Program-made: the position numbers and the translations under genes | The notes under the pieces: generated by a model | The model's database searches: none | Told to the model about the DNA's origin: nothing | What the model saw: the letters and a program-made list of their open reading frames with translations, nothing else | Shown: positions 17,400 through 27,060 of the stretch, in pieces | Position numbering within the stretch: the first letter of the stretch is position 1 | Layout: the number at the start of each line of letters is the position of its first letter | Assembly (NCBI GenBank): GCA_947380175.1 | Contig: CANCPZ010000002.1 | Location: 1 to 44,730 of the forward strand | Reading direction: 5' to 3' | Origin: Bacteroidota bacterium | GTDB taxonomy: Bacteria; Bacteroidota; Bacteroidia; 2-12-FULL-35-15 | Length of the DNA: 44,730 nucleotides

Positions 17400-18734
17400 A
17401 TGGCGCAAGTTGAATTGATAATGCCTAAAATGGGCGAAAGTGTTGCAGAAGCAACAATTATTAAATGGTTAAAAAAAGAAGGTGATGCAATTGCTTCAGA
17501 TGAAACCGTTTTAGAAATTGCAACCGATAAAGTAGATACAGAAATCCCTTCGACTGCTCAAGGAATTTTAACAAAACGTTTATTTAACGAAGGCGATGTA
17601 GTTCAAGTAGGTAAAGCTATTGCTATAATAACTACAGGAGTTGATGATTCAGCTACTACTATAGAAATAAAATCTCCAGAACTTTCAACTTTAGTTCAAA
17701 AAGAGTTACCTATTGCGGCTATTTCAGAAACAACTTCAATTTCGAATAAATCAACTTCCGGCAAATTCTTTTCTCCATTGGTTCGCAATATTGCTAAAGA
17801 AGAAAATATTTCTCAAGTAGAATTAGAATCTATAGCTGGCACAGGTGCAAACGGAAGAGTTACAAAAAATGATATACTAGCTTATATTCCTAATAAGGGT
17901 AAACAAGATGTAGCTAATGAAAATAAAATTATTGCTTCAGAAATTGAAAATAAACCTGCTATTACAAAAGAAGCTTCCATAAACCCTAGTTCAAACAATA
18001 ATAAACCTGCTATTGCCCTTAATGCAGGTGATGAAGTAATTGAAATGGATCGTATGCGTAAACTAATTGCCGACCATATGGTAATGAGTGTTCAAACGTC
18101 TCCTCATGTTACTTCTTTTGTTGAAGCCGATGTTACAAACATTGTAAATTGGAGAAATAAAGTTAAAAACAATTTCGAAAAAAGAGATGGCGAAAAATTG
18201 ACTTTTACCCCTATTTTTATTGAAGCATTGGTAAAAGCAATTAAAGATTTTCCAATGATAAACATTTCGTTAGATGGAACTAAAATTATCAAACGGAAAA
18301 ATATAAATATTGGAATGGCTGCAGCATTACCTTCAGGTAACTTAATTGTACCTGTTATAAAAAATGCAGATACCTTAAATTTAGTTGGCATTACAAAACA
18401 AGTAAATGATTTGGCTAATCGTGCCCGCATAGGCAAATTATCTCCTGACGATATTCAAGGTGGAACTTATACAATTTCAAATGTAGGGTCATTTGGAAAT
18501 GTAATGGGTACTCCTATAATTAACCAACCTCAAGTTGCAATTATGGCTGTTGGTGCTATCAAGAAAAAACCAGCAGTAATTGAAACAGATCAAGGCGACT
18601 TAATTGGAATTCGTCATTTTATGTACCTATCACATTCATACGATCATCGTGTTGTTGATGGATCTTTAGGAGGGCAATTTGTAAGAAGGGTTGCTGATTA
18701 TTTAGAGCAATGGGATATTAATCGTGAATTTTAG
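17400..18734 (+). CDS. Dihydrolipoamide acyltransferase (E2) of a 2-oxoacid dehydrogenase complex, probably branched-chain type
   Basis: 444 aa. Lipoyl-lysine motif LEIATDKVDTEIPS, E3-binding domain SPLVRNIAKEENI...GTGANGRVTKNDI, and catalytic motif SHSYDHRVVDG. Confidence 0.9.
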   Translation: MAQVELIMPKMGESVAEATIIKWLKKEGDAIASDETVLEIATDKVDTEIPSTAQGILTKRLFNEGDVVQVGKAIAIITTGVDDSATTIEIKSPELSTLVQKELPIAAISETTSISNKSTSGKFFSPLVRNIAKEENISQVELESIAGTGANGRVTKNDILAYIPNKGKQDVANENKIIASEIENKPAITKEASINPSSNNNKPAIALNAGDEVIEMDRMRKLIADHMVMSVQTSPHVTSFVEADVTNIVNWRNKVKNNFEKRDGEKLTFTPIFIEALVKAIKDFPMINISLDGTKIIKRKNINIGMAAALPSGNLIVPVIKNADTLNLVGITKQVNDLANRARIGKLSPDDIQGGTYTISNVGSFGNVMGTPIINQPQVAIMAVGAIKKKPAVIETDQGDLIGIRHFMYLSHSYDHRVVDGSLGGQFVRRVADYLEQWDINREF

Positions 18735-18819
18735 TAACTATATATAATTAAACTATTTTGTAATAATTTAAAAGTTTATTAAAATTTTTAACAGTGTTGA
18801 ATTTTTAAATAAAGCTACC

Positions 18820-20901
18820 ATGAAAAAGACACTTGCTAATCTTTTAGTATTATCCACTTTAATTTCAATAAACTTAAAGGCGCAACAAATGGATAATGAT
18901 TACTACAAAACCTTTAATGATGCGGAATATTTTTTCACAAATGAAAACTATCCAGATGCGTTGCCATTATACATTGCTTTAGACAAAAAAATACCTGGCA
19001 ACGCCAACATGAATTTCAAAATAGGGTATTGTTATTTAAATTCTCCAACCTACAAAATAAAAGCTATTCCTTTTTTAGAATTTGCTATAAAAAACATAGC
19101 TAAACAATACGAAGAAGGGGAAATAAAAGAAAAAGGTGTTCCTTTATCTACACTATATTATCTAGGAAATGCCTACCAACTTAATTACGAGTTTGATAAA
19201 GCGATAGCCATGTACCATCGATATATTGACGAACTTGGGAAAAATTCCAATCCAATATACAGCCTCAACATTCTTCAGTCTAAAAAAATTTTAGTAGAAA
19301 TGGATGATGTAAAACACAGTATTGAAACATGTAACAATGGTAAAGAGTTGGTATTACACCCACAAGAAATATTGACGATTACCAATTTAGGCCCAAACAT
19401 CAATAGCAAATATGCAGATTACTCTCCCGCACTTTCATTGGATGAAAAAACCATTTTTTTTACTTCACGCAGAGAAGGCGGCATAAATGCAACAAAAGAA
19501 CTGAATGGCTTATATTACGAAGATATTTATGAATCGCATTATGAAAATGACAAATGGCAACCTGCAATTTTAGATGGAACTCGCAACACAATGAGAAACG
19601 AAGCGACCTTAAATATTTCTACTGACGGAAAAACATTGTTAATTTATAAAGACGATAATGGAAATGGGAATATCTACCAAAGTGAATTTAAAAATGATAA
19701 ATGGAGCACACCAGAAAAAATGGCACCATCCATCAATAGTTCTTCATGGGAAACTCACGCTTACTTAACTGTTGACAAAAACATTCTTTATTTTGTTAGT
19801 GATCGACCGGGAGGATATGGAGGACGAGACATTTATAAATGTTTAAAATTAGCAAATGGCGAATGGGGTGTGGCTGAAAACTTAGGACCTAAGATCAATA
19901 CAAAATATGATGAAGACGGTGTGTTTATTAGCCCTGATGGACAAACAATTTATTTTGCATCAAAAGGACATAAATCAATGGGAGGTTTTGATATTTTTAA
20001 ATCAGAAATTAGTGATGAGAAAGGGAATTGGTCGAATCCAGAAAACATTGGATACCCTTTAAACACTCCCGATGATGATGTTTTTTATGTAACGAGCGCT
20101 GATGGAGGAAGAGCTTATTTGTCGTCTGATAAAGAAGGTGGATTTGGAGAAAAAGACATTTATGTGATTGGGTTAAAAAAACCTAACCAATTGGTAATGT
20201 CTGGTAAATTTATAACCGATACAAATGGAAAAATTGGAGACAATTCAATTGTATTTACAAATGCAAAAACAGGAGCAATTGCTTATTCGTTGGTAGCTGA
20301 AGATTCTTCTGGAAAATTTGAAACTGATATAGCAATAGGGCCTACATACAAAATTGTATATAAAATAAAAGGTGCTGAAGTTTTTAGTGAAGAACTAGAA
20401 ACTAAAGGGATTAAAGGGAATAAATATATTATCAGAGAAATACCATACAATGTGGCTGAAAGTAATTTGGATACCAAAGAAAACAATACAAATTCTGTTT
20501 CATTTCAGTATTTTTATAAATATAACCAAAATGCAATTGACCCTTCTTCTGCTAAATTTATAACATTTATTGATGAGTTATATGCCAGCATTAAATCAAA
20601 TCCTGCAAACATTATTGATATAGAATCGAGTGCATCTAAAGTTCCTACAAAAACATTTAAAAGCAATAAGGAGTTAGCAGAAAAAAGAGCAACTAATGTA
20701 AAAAACATAATAATTGCAGCACTCAATAAAAGAAATGTAAACAAAATGGAATTACATTTCAAAGAGCATAGTTTTGTTCAAGGTCCAAACTATGTAAACG
20801 ACTCTCATAACAGCCCGTTAACATATGAACCTTATCAATATATTAAAATTGGAATCTCGAAAATTGAAACAGAAAAACGAGAGAAAAAATCTGTGGAATA
20901 A
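18820..20901 (+). CDS. Exported TPR-like + TolB-type PD40 beta-propeller + beta-sandwich + OmpA-like domain protein
   Basis: 693 aa. Signal peptide MKKTLANLLVLSTLISINLKAQQ. PD40-type repeats (YSPALSLDEKTIFFTSRR, DRPGGYGGRDIYKC, GGFDIFKS, EGGFGEKDIYV). The C-terminal approx 130 aa follow the OmpA_C pattern (F.Y....I.P......I.EL...I...P...I.I......P......N.ELAEKRA..V). Confidence 0.8.
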   Translation: MKKTLANLLVLSTLISINLKAQQMDNDYYKTFNDAEYFFTNENYPDALPLYIALDKKIPGNANMNFKIGYCYLNSPTYKIKAIPFLEFAIKNIAKQYEEGEIKEKGVPLSTLYYLGNAYQLNYEFDKAIAMYHRYIDELGKNSNPIYSLNILQSKKILVEMDDVKHSIETCNNGKELVLHPQEILTITNLGPNINSKYADYSPALSLDEKTIFFTSRREGGINATKELNGLYYEDIYESHYENDKWQPAILDGTRNTMRNEATLNISTDGKTLLIYKDDNGNGNIYQSEFKNDKWSTPEKMAPSINSSSWETHAYLTVDKNILYFVSDRPGGYGGRDIYKCLKLANGEWGVAENLGPKINTKYDEDGVFISPDGQTIYFASKGHKSMGGFDIFKSEISDEKGNWSNPENIGYPLNTPDDDVFYVTSADGGRAYLSSDKEGGFGEKDIYVIGLKKPNQLVMSGKFITDTNGKIGDNSIVFTNAKTGAIAYSLVAEDSSGKFETDIAIGPTYKIVYKIKGAEVFSEELETKGIKGNKYIIREIPYNVAESNLDTKENNTNSVSFQYFYKYNQNAIDPSSAKFITFIDELYASIKSNPANIIDIESSASKVPTKTFKSNKELAEKRATNVKNIIIAALNKRNVNKMELHFKEHSFVQGPNYVNDSHNSPLTYEPYQYIKIGISKIETEKREKKSVE

Positions 20902-20940
20902 AAAATATTTTATAATAAAAAGCTTTAATTATAAATAGTC

Positions 20941-22548
20941 ATGCATAAATATTTGTTTATTCTACTTTCCATATTTTTACGATTTTCAATTAACGCACAA
21001 TCTGTTTCTGATTACAATAAAAAACTTACTAAAGGAACTGTTTTTTTATTGAAAGGAAAATATTCGCTTGCCTTACCTGCTCTTTTAGATGCATACAATA
21101 TCGATTCCAGTAATTCGAATATCAATTACAAAATTGGGCTATGCTTTATAAACATAGATGGACTAAAATACAAATCACTTCCATTTTTCGAAAAAGCTAT
21201 TTTAAATACTTCTGTCAATTACGATGATTCTAATGCTAAAGAAAAATTTGCCCCTCAAAAAGCTTTTTATTTTTATGGTCAAAGCTTATTATTAAATGAA
21301 CATATTGATGAGGCCATTACACAATTCGAAAAATACAAATCGCTTCAAGAAAAAAAAGAAGTAATAACAGATGTTAATCATCAAATTGAGATTTGTAAAA
21401 ATGCAAAAATATTAATTTCTGCACCAACCAATATTATACTAAAAAAGTTAAACGATAGCATCAATTCGCCCTACTCTGATTATGGCTCAGTAATTTTAAA
21501 CAATGAACAGATAATTATATATACTTCACGCAAACCTGAAACAACTGGAGGTAAAAAAAATAATGAAGGAGCGTTTTTTGAAGATATTTATTTTTCTCAA
21601 AAAAAAACTGATTCTACTTGGACAAAACCTGAATCAATAAGTAAAAATATAAATACGGATGGCAATGAAGCTATTGTAGGTTTATCAAAAGACGAACAAA
21701 CTATTTTTATTAACAAAAAAGATATAAATGGAGGAGACATTTATTCGAGTAACTACGATGGGGCAGATTGGTCTATTCCACAACCATTAGAATCCAACAT
21801 AAATAGTCCTTCATTAGAAACTAATTCATGTTTATCTCCTGATGGAAATATTATTTATTTTATAAGCAACAGACCTAATGGTATAGGAGGTAAAGATATC
21901 TGGAAATGTAATAAATTACCAAATGGTAAATGGGGAAACGCTATAAATCTTGGAGAACCAATAAATACGCCTTACGATGAAGAATCACCTTTTGTTCATC
22001 CAAATGGTAATATTTTATTTTTTAGTTCAAAGGGTCACAATACGATTGGAGGTTATGATATTTTCTTTTCATTTGCTAACGAAAACAAATGGGAAGAGCC
22101 AATGAATATAGGTTATCCAATAAATTCTACAGATGATGATCTTTATTATGTTACATCTCCAAATGGAGAAAATGGTTATTTTTCTTCAGCTAGAATAAAT
22201 GGTAACGGAGGAAAAGATATATATATAAGTACCAAAAACAAAAGTGACGAGGAGCAATTGGTTTTGATAAAGGGTAAAGTTGTACCTGTTGATGGAGAAA
22301 AATTGCCAGAAGGCATTGAAGTATTGTCTACCAATAACGAATCGGGTGCAATTGGGAACTTTCGTTTAATGAAAGATGGTAGCTTTACTATCATATTAAC
22401 GCCAAATAAGAAATACACGCTTTCATATTTAAATAACGGGAACGAATTTTTTTCTGAAATAATTGATGTTCCAGCAGGGGCTGTATTCCAAGAAATTGAA
22501 AAAGAATTAAAATTGAAAGAGGTAATTTTTGATAACACAAAAAAATAA
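20941..22548 (+). CDS. Exported TPR-like + PD40 beta-propeller + beta-sandwich protein (paralog of 18820-20901 lacking the OmpA-like domain)
   Basis: 535 aa. Signal peptide MHKYLFILLSIFLRFSINAQS. Long colinear similarity to the upstream gene (NRPNGIGGKDIWKCNKLPNGKWGNAINLGEPINTPYDEESPF...GGYDIFFS). Ends after the beta-sandwich segment. Confidence 0.8.
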   Translation: MHKYLFILLSIFLRFSINAQSVSDYNKKLTKGTVFLLKGKYSLALPALLDAYNIDSSNSNINYKIGLCFINIDGLKYKSLPFFEKAILNTSVNYDDSNAKEKFAPQKAFYFYGQSLLLNEHIDEAITQFEKYKSLQEKKEVITDVNHQIEICKNAKILISAPTNIILKKLNDSINSPYSDYGSVILNNEQIIIYTSRKPETTGGKKNNEGAFFEDIYFSQKKTDSTWTKPESISKNINTDGNEAIVGLSKDEQTIFINKKDINGGDIYSSNYDGADWSIPQPLESNINSPSLETNSCLSPDGNIIYFISNRPNGIGGKDIWKCNKLPNGKWGNAINLGEPINTPYDEESPFVHPNGNILFFSSKGHNTIGGYDIFFSFANENKWEEPMNIGYPINSTDDDLYYVTSPNGENGYFSSARINGNGGKDIYISTKNKSDEEQLVLIKGKVVPVDGEKLPEGIEVLSTNNESGAIGNFRLMKDGSFTIILTPNKKYTLSYLNNGNEFFSEIIDVPAGAVFQEIEKELKLKEVIFDNTKK

Positions 22549-22652
22549 TATTTAAAATATAAGCTTCCCGTAACTTACCCTTCAACCGTACTAAAGAATT
22601 AATTTATTTTATAAACTTCTCAAAAAACTATTCTAACTAATTATAATTATTA

Positions 22653-23465
22653 ATGATAAAACCAAATTTAACTCGCCCTATTGCCTTTTTTGATTTAGAA
22701 ACAACGGGGGTTAACGTAGCATCTGATCGTATTGTGGAACTTTCTTTTTTAAAAATTTCACCTGATGGTTCACGGGAAATTAAAACAAAAAGAATCAATC
22801 CAACTATTCCCATTCCTAAACAATCTTCAGAAATACATGGAATATATGACGCTGATGTTGCCAATGAACCAACATTTAAAGCTATAGCAAAAAGTCTTGC
22901 TGATTTTTTAAAAGACTGTGATTTAGCGGGATACAACTCTAATAAATTTGATATACCTGTTTTGGCAGAAGAATTTTTGAGAGCCGAAATTGATTTTGAT
23001 TTAAAAGGCAGACGATTTGTTGATGTACAAAATATTTTTCATCAAATGGAACAACGGACACTGAAAGCTGCTTATAAATTTTATTGTGGAAAAAATATTG
23101 AAAATGCACATAGCGCTCAAGCAGATATTGAAGCAACTTATGAAGTTTTTTTAGCTCAACTGGAAAAGTATGAGGGTGTAGCATTTGAAGACAAAAAAGG
23201 AAATATTTCAACGCCAATAAAAAACGACATAAAAGCATTACACGACTTTACCAATATTAATAAAAATGCTGATTTAGCAGGCCGTATAATATTCAATGAA
23301 GAAAATATTGAGGTTTTTAATTTCGGGAAACATACCGGAAAATCTGTTGAGCAAGTTCTTAGAGAAGAGCCCTCCTATTATGCCTGGATGCTTAATGGAG
23401 ATTTCCCCCTTTACACAAAAAAAATCTTAACTGATATTAAATTAAGAATGGCATTTAATAGGTAG
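22653..23465 (+). CDS. DEDDh-type 3'-5' exonuclease (DnaQ/epsilon-like) with a C-terminal extension
   Basis: 270 aa. ExoI FFDLETTG, ExoII GYNSNKFDIPVL, ExoIII HSAQADIEAT. The C-terminal approx 60 aa (FGKHTGKSVEQVLREEPSYYAWML) resemble the small FGK.KG...YL.W module seen at ExoX-like C-termini; that resemblance is from memory. Confidence 0.85.
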   Translation: MIKPNLTRPIAFFDLETTGVNVASDRIVELSFLKISPDGSREIKTKRINPTIPIPKQSSEIHGIYDADVANEPTFKAIAKSLADFLKDCDLAGYNSNKFDIPVLAEEFLRAEIDFDLKGRRFVDVQNIFHQMEQRTLKAAYKFYCGKNIENAHSAQADIEATYEVFLAQLEKYEGVAFEDKKGNISTPIKNDIKALHDFTNINKNADLAGRIIFNEENIEVFNFGKHTGKSVEQVLREEPSYYAWMLNGDFPLYTKKILTDIKLRMAFNR

Positions 23466-23493
23466 CTATTTAAACCTTTATTATATATTTATT

Positions 23494-24105
23494 ATGAAAA
23501 TTATTTGCATAGGTCGCAATTATGCTGAACACGCAAAGGAGCTTAAAAATGAAGTCCCAACTGAACCAGTTTTTTTCCTAAAACCAGATACCGCACAAAT
23601 AAAAAACAATCAGCCATTTTATTATCCAGATTTTTCAAAAGAAATTCATCACGAAGTGGAATTGGTTATAAAAATAAATAAACCAGGTAAAAACATCCAA
23701 GTTGAATTTGCAAAAAAATATTATGATGAAGTTGGCATAGGAATTGACTTTACTGCTCGAGACCTACAAAATAAATGTAAGGAAAAAGGGTTACCTTGGG
23801 AAATGGCAAAAGCTTTTGATGGTTCAGCACCTATTGGAGAATTTATTGATAAGAAAAAAATAACTAATTTAAATGAAATTAATTTCCATTTAAACATTAA
23901 TGGGAATATAGTACAAAAGGGAAATACAAAAGATTTATTATTTACGTTCGACAAAATAATTGCTTACGTTTCTCAATTTTTGACCCTTAAAAAAGGAGAC
24001 TTAATTTATACGGGAACACCTTCTGGTGTTGGTCCAATTAAAATTGGAGATAAATTAGAAGCATATATTGAAAATGAAAAATTATTACATTTTGAAATAA
24101 AATAG
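23494..24105 (+). CDS. Fumarylacetoacetate hydrolase (FAH) family protein
   Basis: 203 aa. MKIICIGRNYAEHAKEL, HHEVELV and GDLIYTGTPSGVGP are typical of short FAH-family hydrolases/isomerases. Confidence 0.85.
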   Translation: MKIICIGRNYAEHAKELKNEVPTEPVFFLKPDTAQIKNNQPFYYPDFSKEIHHEVELVIKINKPGKNIQVEFAKKYYDEVGIGIDFTARDLQNKCKEKGLPWEMAKAFDGSAPIGEFIDKKKITNLNEINFHLNINGNIVQKGNTKDLLFTFDKIIAYVSQFLTLKKGDLIYTGTPSGVGPIKIGDKLEAYIENEKLLHFEIK

Positions 24106-24132
24106 ATTAATTTATACTTGAATTATATAAAA

Positions 24133-24948
24133 ATGAAAAACATAATCATACCAATTGCATTAGTTGCATTATCTATTACTAATAGTTTTAGTCAATTCGA
24201 CAAACTTAAAAATTCAATAAAAGATGTAGGAAGCAAAGTTATTGCAGACCCAACAGCTATTGACAAAAAAACTATTGAACCGATTAAAGTAGAAATTAAT
24301 AATCTAATCAATAATCCAAAACCAGCAAAAAAAGCGTTAACCAATGAAGATGTAATTAATGGTTTGAAAAATGCACTAACAGTGGGTACCAATAACTCCA
24401 GCGGAATAGCATCTAAAGTTGATGGCTTCTACAAAAATCCAACTTTATTTATTCCTTTTCCTCCAGAGGCAATAAAAGTTAAAGATAAATTAGATGCATT
24501 AGGGCAAAAAGAACAGACAGAAAAGTTTGTAATGACGCTAAATCGTGCTGCAGAAGAGGCCGCAAAAAATGCTGCACCTGTTTTTATAAATGCAATTAAA
24601 GACATGAGTATTGGTGATGGTTTTGTAATATTAAAAGGAGCTAATAACGCTGCAACCCAATATTTAATGGATAAAACAACTGCTGAATTAAAACAAAAAT
24701 TTGCTCCAATCATTCAAGCAGCAATAGATAAGGTTCAAGTTACAAAATATTGGAATCCGCTTATTACTAAATATAATAAAATACCTAAAGTAAAAAAACA
24801 AAACCCAGATTTAAATGCTTATGTAACTGAAAAAACGATGGAAGGACTTTTTAAACTTATAGCAGACGAAGAATTAAAAATACGAAAAGACCCAATGGCA
24901 CGTGTTAATGATATCTTAAAAGAAGTATTCGGTAGTCTTACAAACTAA
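24133..24948 (+). CDS. DUF4197-family exported (lipo)protein
   Basis: Signal peptide MKNIIIPIALVALSITNSFSQ. LTNEDVINGLKNAL, KVDGFYKNPTLFIPFP, NRAAEEAAKNAAPVFINAI, ILKGANNAATQYL and KYWNP match my memory of the DUF4197 pattern. The track start at 24118 is TTG; ATG 24133 is preferred. Confidence 0.7.
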   Translation: MKNIIIPIALVALSITNSFSQFDKLKNSIKDVGSKVIADPTAIDKKTIEPIKVEINNLINNPKPAKKALTNEDVINGLKNALTVGTNNSSGIASKVDGFYKNPTLFIPFPPEAIKVKDKLDALGQKEQTEKFVMTLNRAAEEAAKNAAPVFINAIKDMSIGDGFVILKGANNAATQYLMDKTTAELKQKFAPIIQAAIDKVQVTKYWNPLITKYNKIPKVKKQNPDLNAYVTEKTMEGLFKLIADEELKIRKDPMARVNDILKEVFGSLTN

Positions 24949-24960
24949 TAACATTATCAC

Positions 24961-25003
24961 AAAAAACGCTGCTTCAGTTTAATTTCTGAAGCAGCGTTTT
25001 TTT
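24961..25003. terminator. Bidirectional rho-independent terminator between convergent genes
   Basis: Perfect 13-bp GC-containing stem aacgctgcttcag / ctgaagcagcgtt with an 8-nt loop, flanked by A6 upstream and T-runs downstream. Confidence 0.8.
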
Positions 25004-25014
25004 ATTTAAAAACT

Positions 25015-25896
25015 TTAGTATGGATGTACCCAAGGTGTTTCGGAAACTACAGGAGATATGCTCAACACAGGTATCTGTGAATGATTTACAATCTGTTGCG
25101 CATAAACACCCATTAATCTTCCTGTAATATTTTCATCTTGATCGGTCATGATGATAATTAAATCTGCATCTATGGTTTTAGCATATGAAAGTGTCATTAC
25201 AGCTTGGTTTTTTCCACGAACAATTTTACGTGTAAACGATAAATTACATTTTTTGATATACTCCTCAATTTGTTCTAATTTATGGTCAAACTTCTTTAAT
25301 TCTTGATCATCAGTAGAATCATCCAAACCAAGAATATGTAAACGAGAACCGAAATGTTTTGCTAAAACAATAGCATGATTTAGTTTTTGTCGTGAGTGAA
25401 CCGAGTTGTCAATTGGCAATAAAATATCTTTAAACCCTTTATGATTTGAATGGCCTTGAACTGTCATTACAGGGCAATCGGAAAGTGTTACCATTTTAAA
25501 TGCATTACTTCCTACAAAAAACTCTACAACACCTGAAACACCATGCGTACCCATAACAACAAGATCTACTTCATGCTCTTTTGCTATTGTTAGTATTTCA
25601 CTAAAAATATGTCCGGTTGCTGTTAAAGCTATAGAGCTGACACCAAATTTGGCACGAATACTATCAGCTGTTTCTTCCAGTTTTTTTTCAATAGCGTTTG
25701 TAAGATCAGATGGCACATCAATCCTTAACTCAGGAGCTATAATATTAAACTGTTCCCAATTTTTTTCTATCACATGTAATAATACAATTTCAGCTTTAAA
25801 CAACTGAGCCAAAAATCCAGCATGGTCAATAGCTACTAAAGATATATCTGAAAAATCAATAGGAATAAGAATCTTTTTAATTGAAAATAATTTCAT
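25015..25896 (-). CDS. Universal stress protein family protein with tandem Usp domains
   Basis: 293 aa. Two Usp halves, each beginning K(K/D)ILxPID(F/N)S, and ATP-loop-like VMGTHGVSG in the first half. Confidence 0.85.
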   Translation of the reverse strand: MKLFSIKKILIPIDFSDISLVAIDHAGFLAQLFKAEIVLLHVIEKNWEQFNIIAPELRIDVPSDLTNAIEKKLEETADSIRAKFGVSSIALTATGHIFSEILTIAKEHEVDLVVMGTHGVSGVVEFFVGSNAFKMVTLSDCPVMTVQGHSNHKGFKDILLPIDNSVHSRQKLNHAIVLAKHFGSRLHILGLDDSTDDQELKKFDHKLEQIEEYIKKCNLSFTRKIVRGKNQAVMTLSYAKTIDADLIIIMTDQDENITGRLMGVYAQQIVNHSQIPVLSISPVVSETPWVHPY

Positions 25897-26030
25897 AATT
25901 TTTATTTTTTTTATTGGATTATATACTTGTTTACGTTTTATTAAAAAGGAAAAGGAACTTAATAAATCTTTGAATCAAAAATAAATAAGTAATCATACAA
26001 TTTTCGGTATGATAAATCATATTTTTAAAA

Positions 26031-26038
26031 TACATTTG
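26031..26038 (+). promoter_or_regulatory. Candidate -7 promoter box TACATTTG upstream of the nucleoside phosphorylase gene
   Basis: Matches TAnnTTTG, 73 nt before ATG 26112 in the divergent intergenic region. Confidence 0.3.
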
Positions 26039-26111
26039 ATTTTCGAAAGTAAACTATTTACTTATATTAATAAAAACAAATTTACAACATCCATAAAAAC
26101 AAAAAGCAATT

Positions 26112-26987
26112 ATGATAAAAATCATTCCCGAAACAGAACTTATTTTAAATCCTGACGGTAGCGTTTTCCATTTAAGATTATTGCCTGAACACATAGCTGA
26201 CAATGTTATTATTGTAGGAGATCAAGGACGTGTAGAAATGGTATCAAAACATTTCGATTCAATTAACTTTAAAGTTCAAAACCGTGAATTTATAAGCCAT
26301 TCTGGGCATTACAAAGGCAAATCAATAATGGTTATATCTTCAGGTATAGGTACAGATAATATTGATATTTTAATTAACGAATTAGATGCCGCCGTAAATA
26401 TCGATTTAAAAACACGAACGATTAAAGAAGAAAAAAGAAGTTTAAACATTGTACGAATTGGAACTTCCGGTGCATTACAAGAGGATATCCCAGTAGATAA
26501 TTATGTAGTATCAACTCATGGATTGGGATTTGATGGCTTGATGAATTATTATTTGGATTTACCAAAAATAAACGACAATGAAATTTCGGAAGCATTTATA
26601 AAACAAACAAACTGGAATAAACATTTACCATATCCATATGCTGTTAAAGGATCGGAAACATTAATTAATAAAATAGGATTCGATTTAATAAAAGGTATTA
26701 CAGCAACCGCTCCAGGATTTTATGGTCCGCAAGGACGTAAATTAAGATTAACCCCGTGGGTGGAAGATTTTAATCAACAATTAACTGATTTTAATCATAA
26801 TGGTAACCGAATTACTAACTTTGAAATGGAAACCTCAGCTCTTTATGGTTTAGGGAAGTTACTTGGTCATCAAACAGCTACCGTTTGCTCAATAATAGCT
26901 AACAGAGTAGCAAAAAAATACTCCTCTAATTATCATGCTGCTGTCGAAAAACTTGTAGTACTTGTTCTTGAGAGATTAACAATGTAA
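26112..26987 (+). CDS. Nucleoside phosphorylase (PNP/UDP phosphorylase family 1)
   Basis: 291 aa. VGDQGRVE, VRIGTSGALQ and NFEMETSALYGL are typical of the PNP_UDP_1 fold. Confidence 0.8.
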   Translation: MIKIIPETELILNPDGSVFHLRLLPEHIADNVIIVGDQGRVEMVSKHFDSINFKVQNREFISHSGHYKGKSIMVISSGIGTDNIDILINELDAAVNIDLKTRTIKEEKRSLNIVRIGTSGALQEDIPVDNYVVSTHGLGFDGLMNYYLDLPKINDNEISEAFIKQTNWNKHLPYPYAVKGSETLINKIGFDLIKGITATAPGFYGPQGRKLRLTPWVEDFNQQLTDFNHNGNRITNFEMETSALYGLGKLLGHQTATVCSIIANRVAKKYSSNYHAAVEKLVVLVLERLTM

Positions 26988-27034
26988 AGTTGAAATCTTA
27001 TTTATACAGATAACTTATTTCGATAAAGGTCGTT

Positions 27035-27042
27035 TACTTTTG
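27035..27042 (+). promoter_or_regulatory. Candidate -7 promoter box TACTTTTG
   Basis: Matches TAnnTTTG, 18 nt before ATG 27061. Confidence 0.4.
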
Positions 27043-27060
27043 TAGAAATAAGTTTTTTTT

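Noticed and set aside
25992-26013. 7-bp inverted repeat atcatac-N8-gtatgat in the usp / nucleoside phosphorylase divergent region
   Set aside because: It is too short to distinguish from chance in AT-rich DNA, and I saw no repetition of the motif elsewhere in the window.
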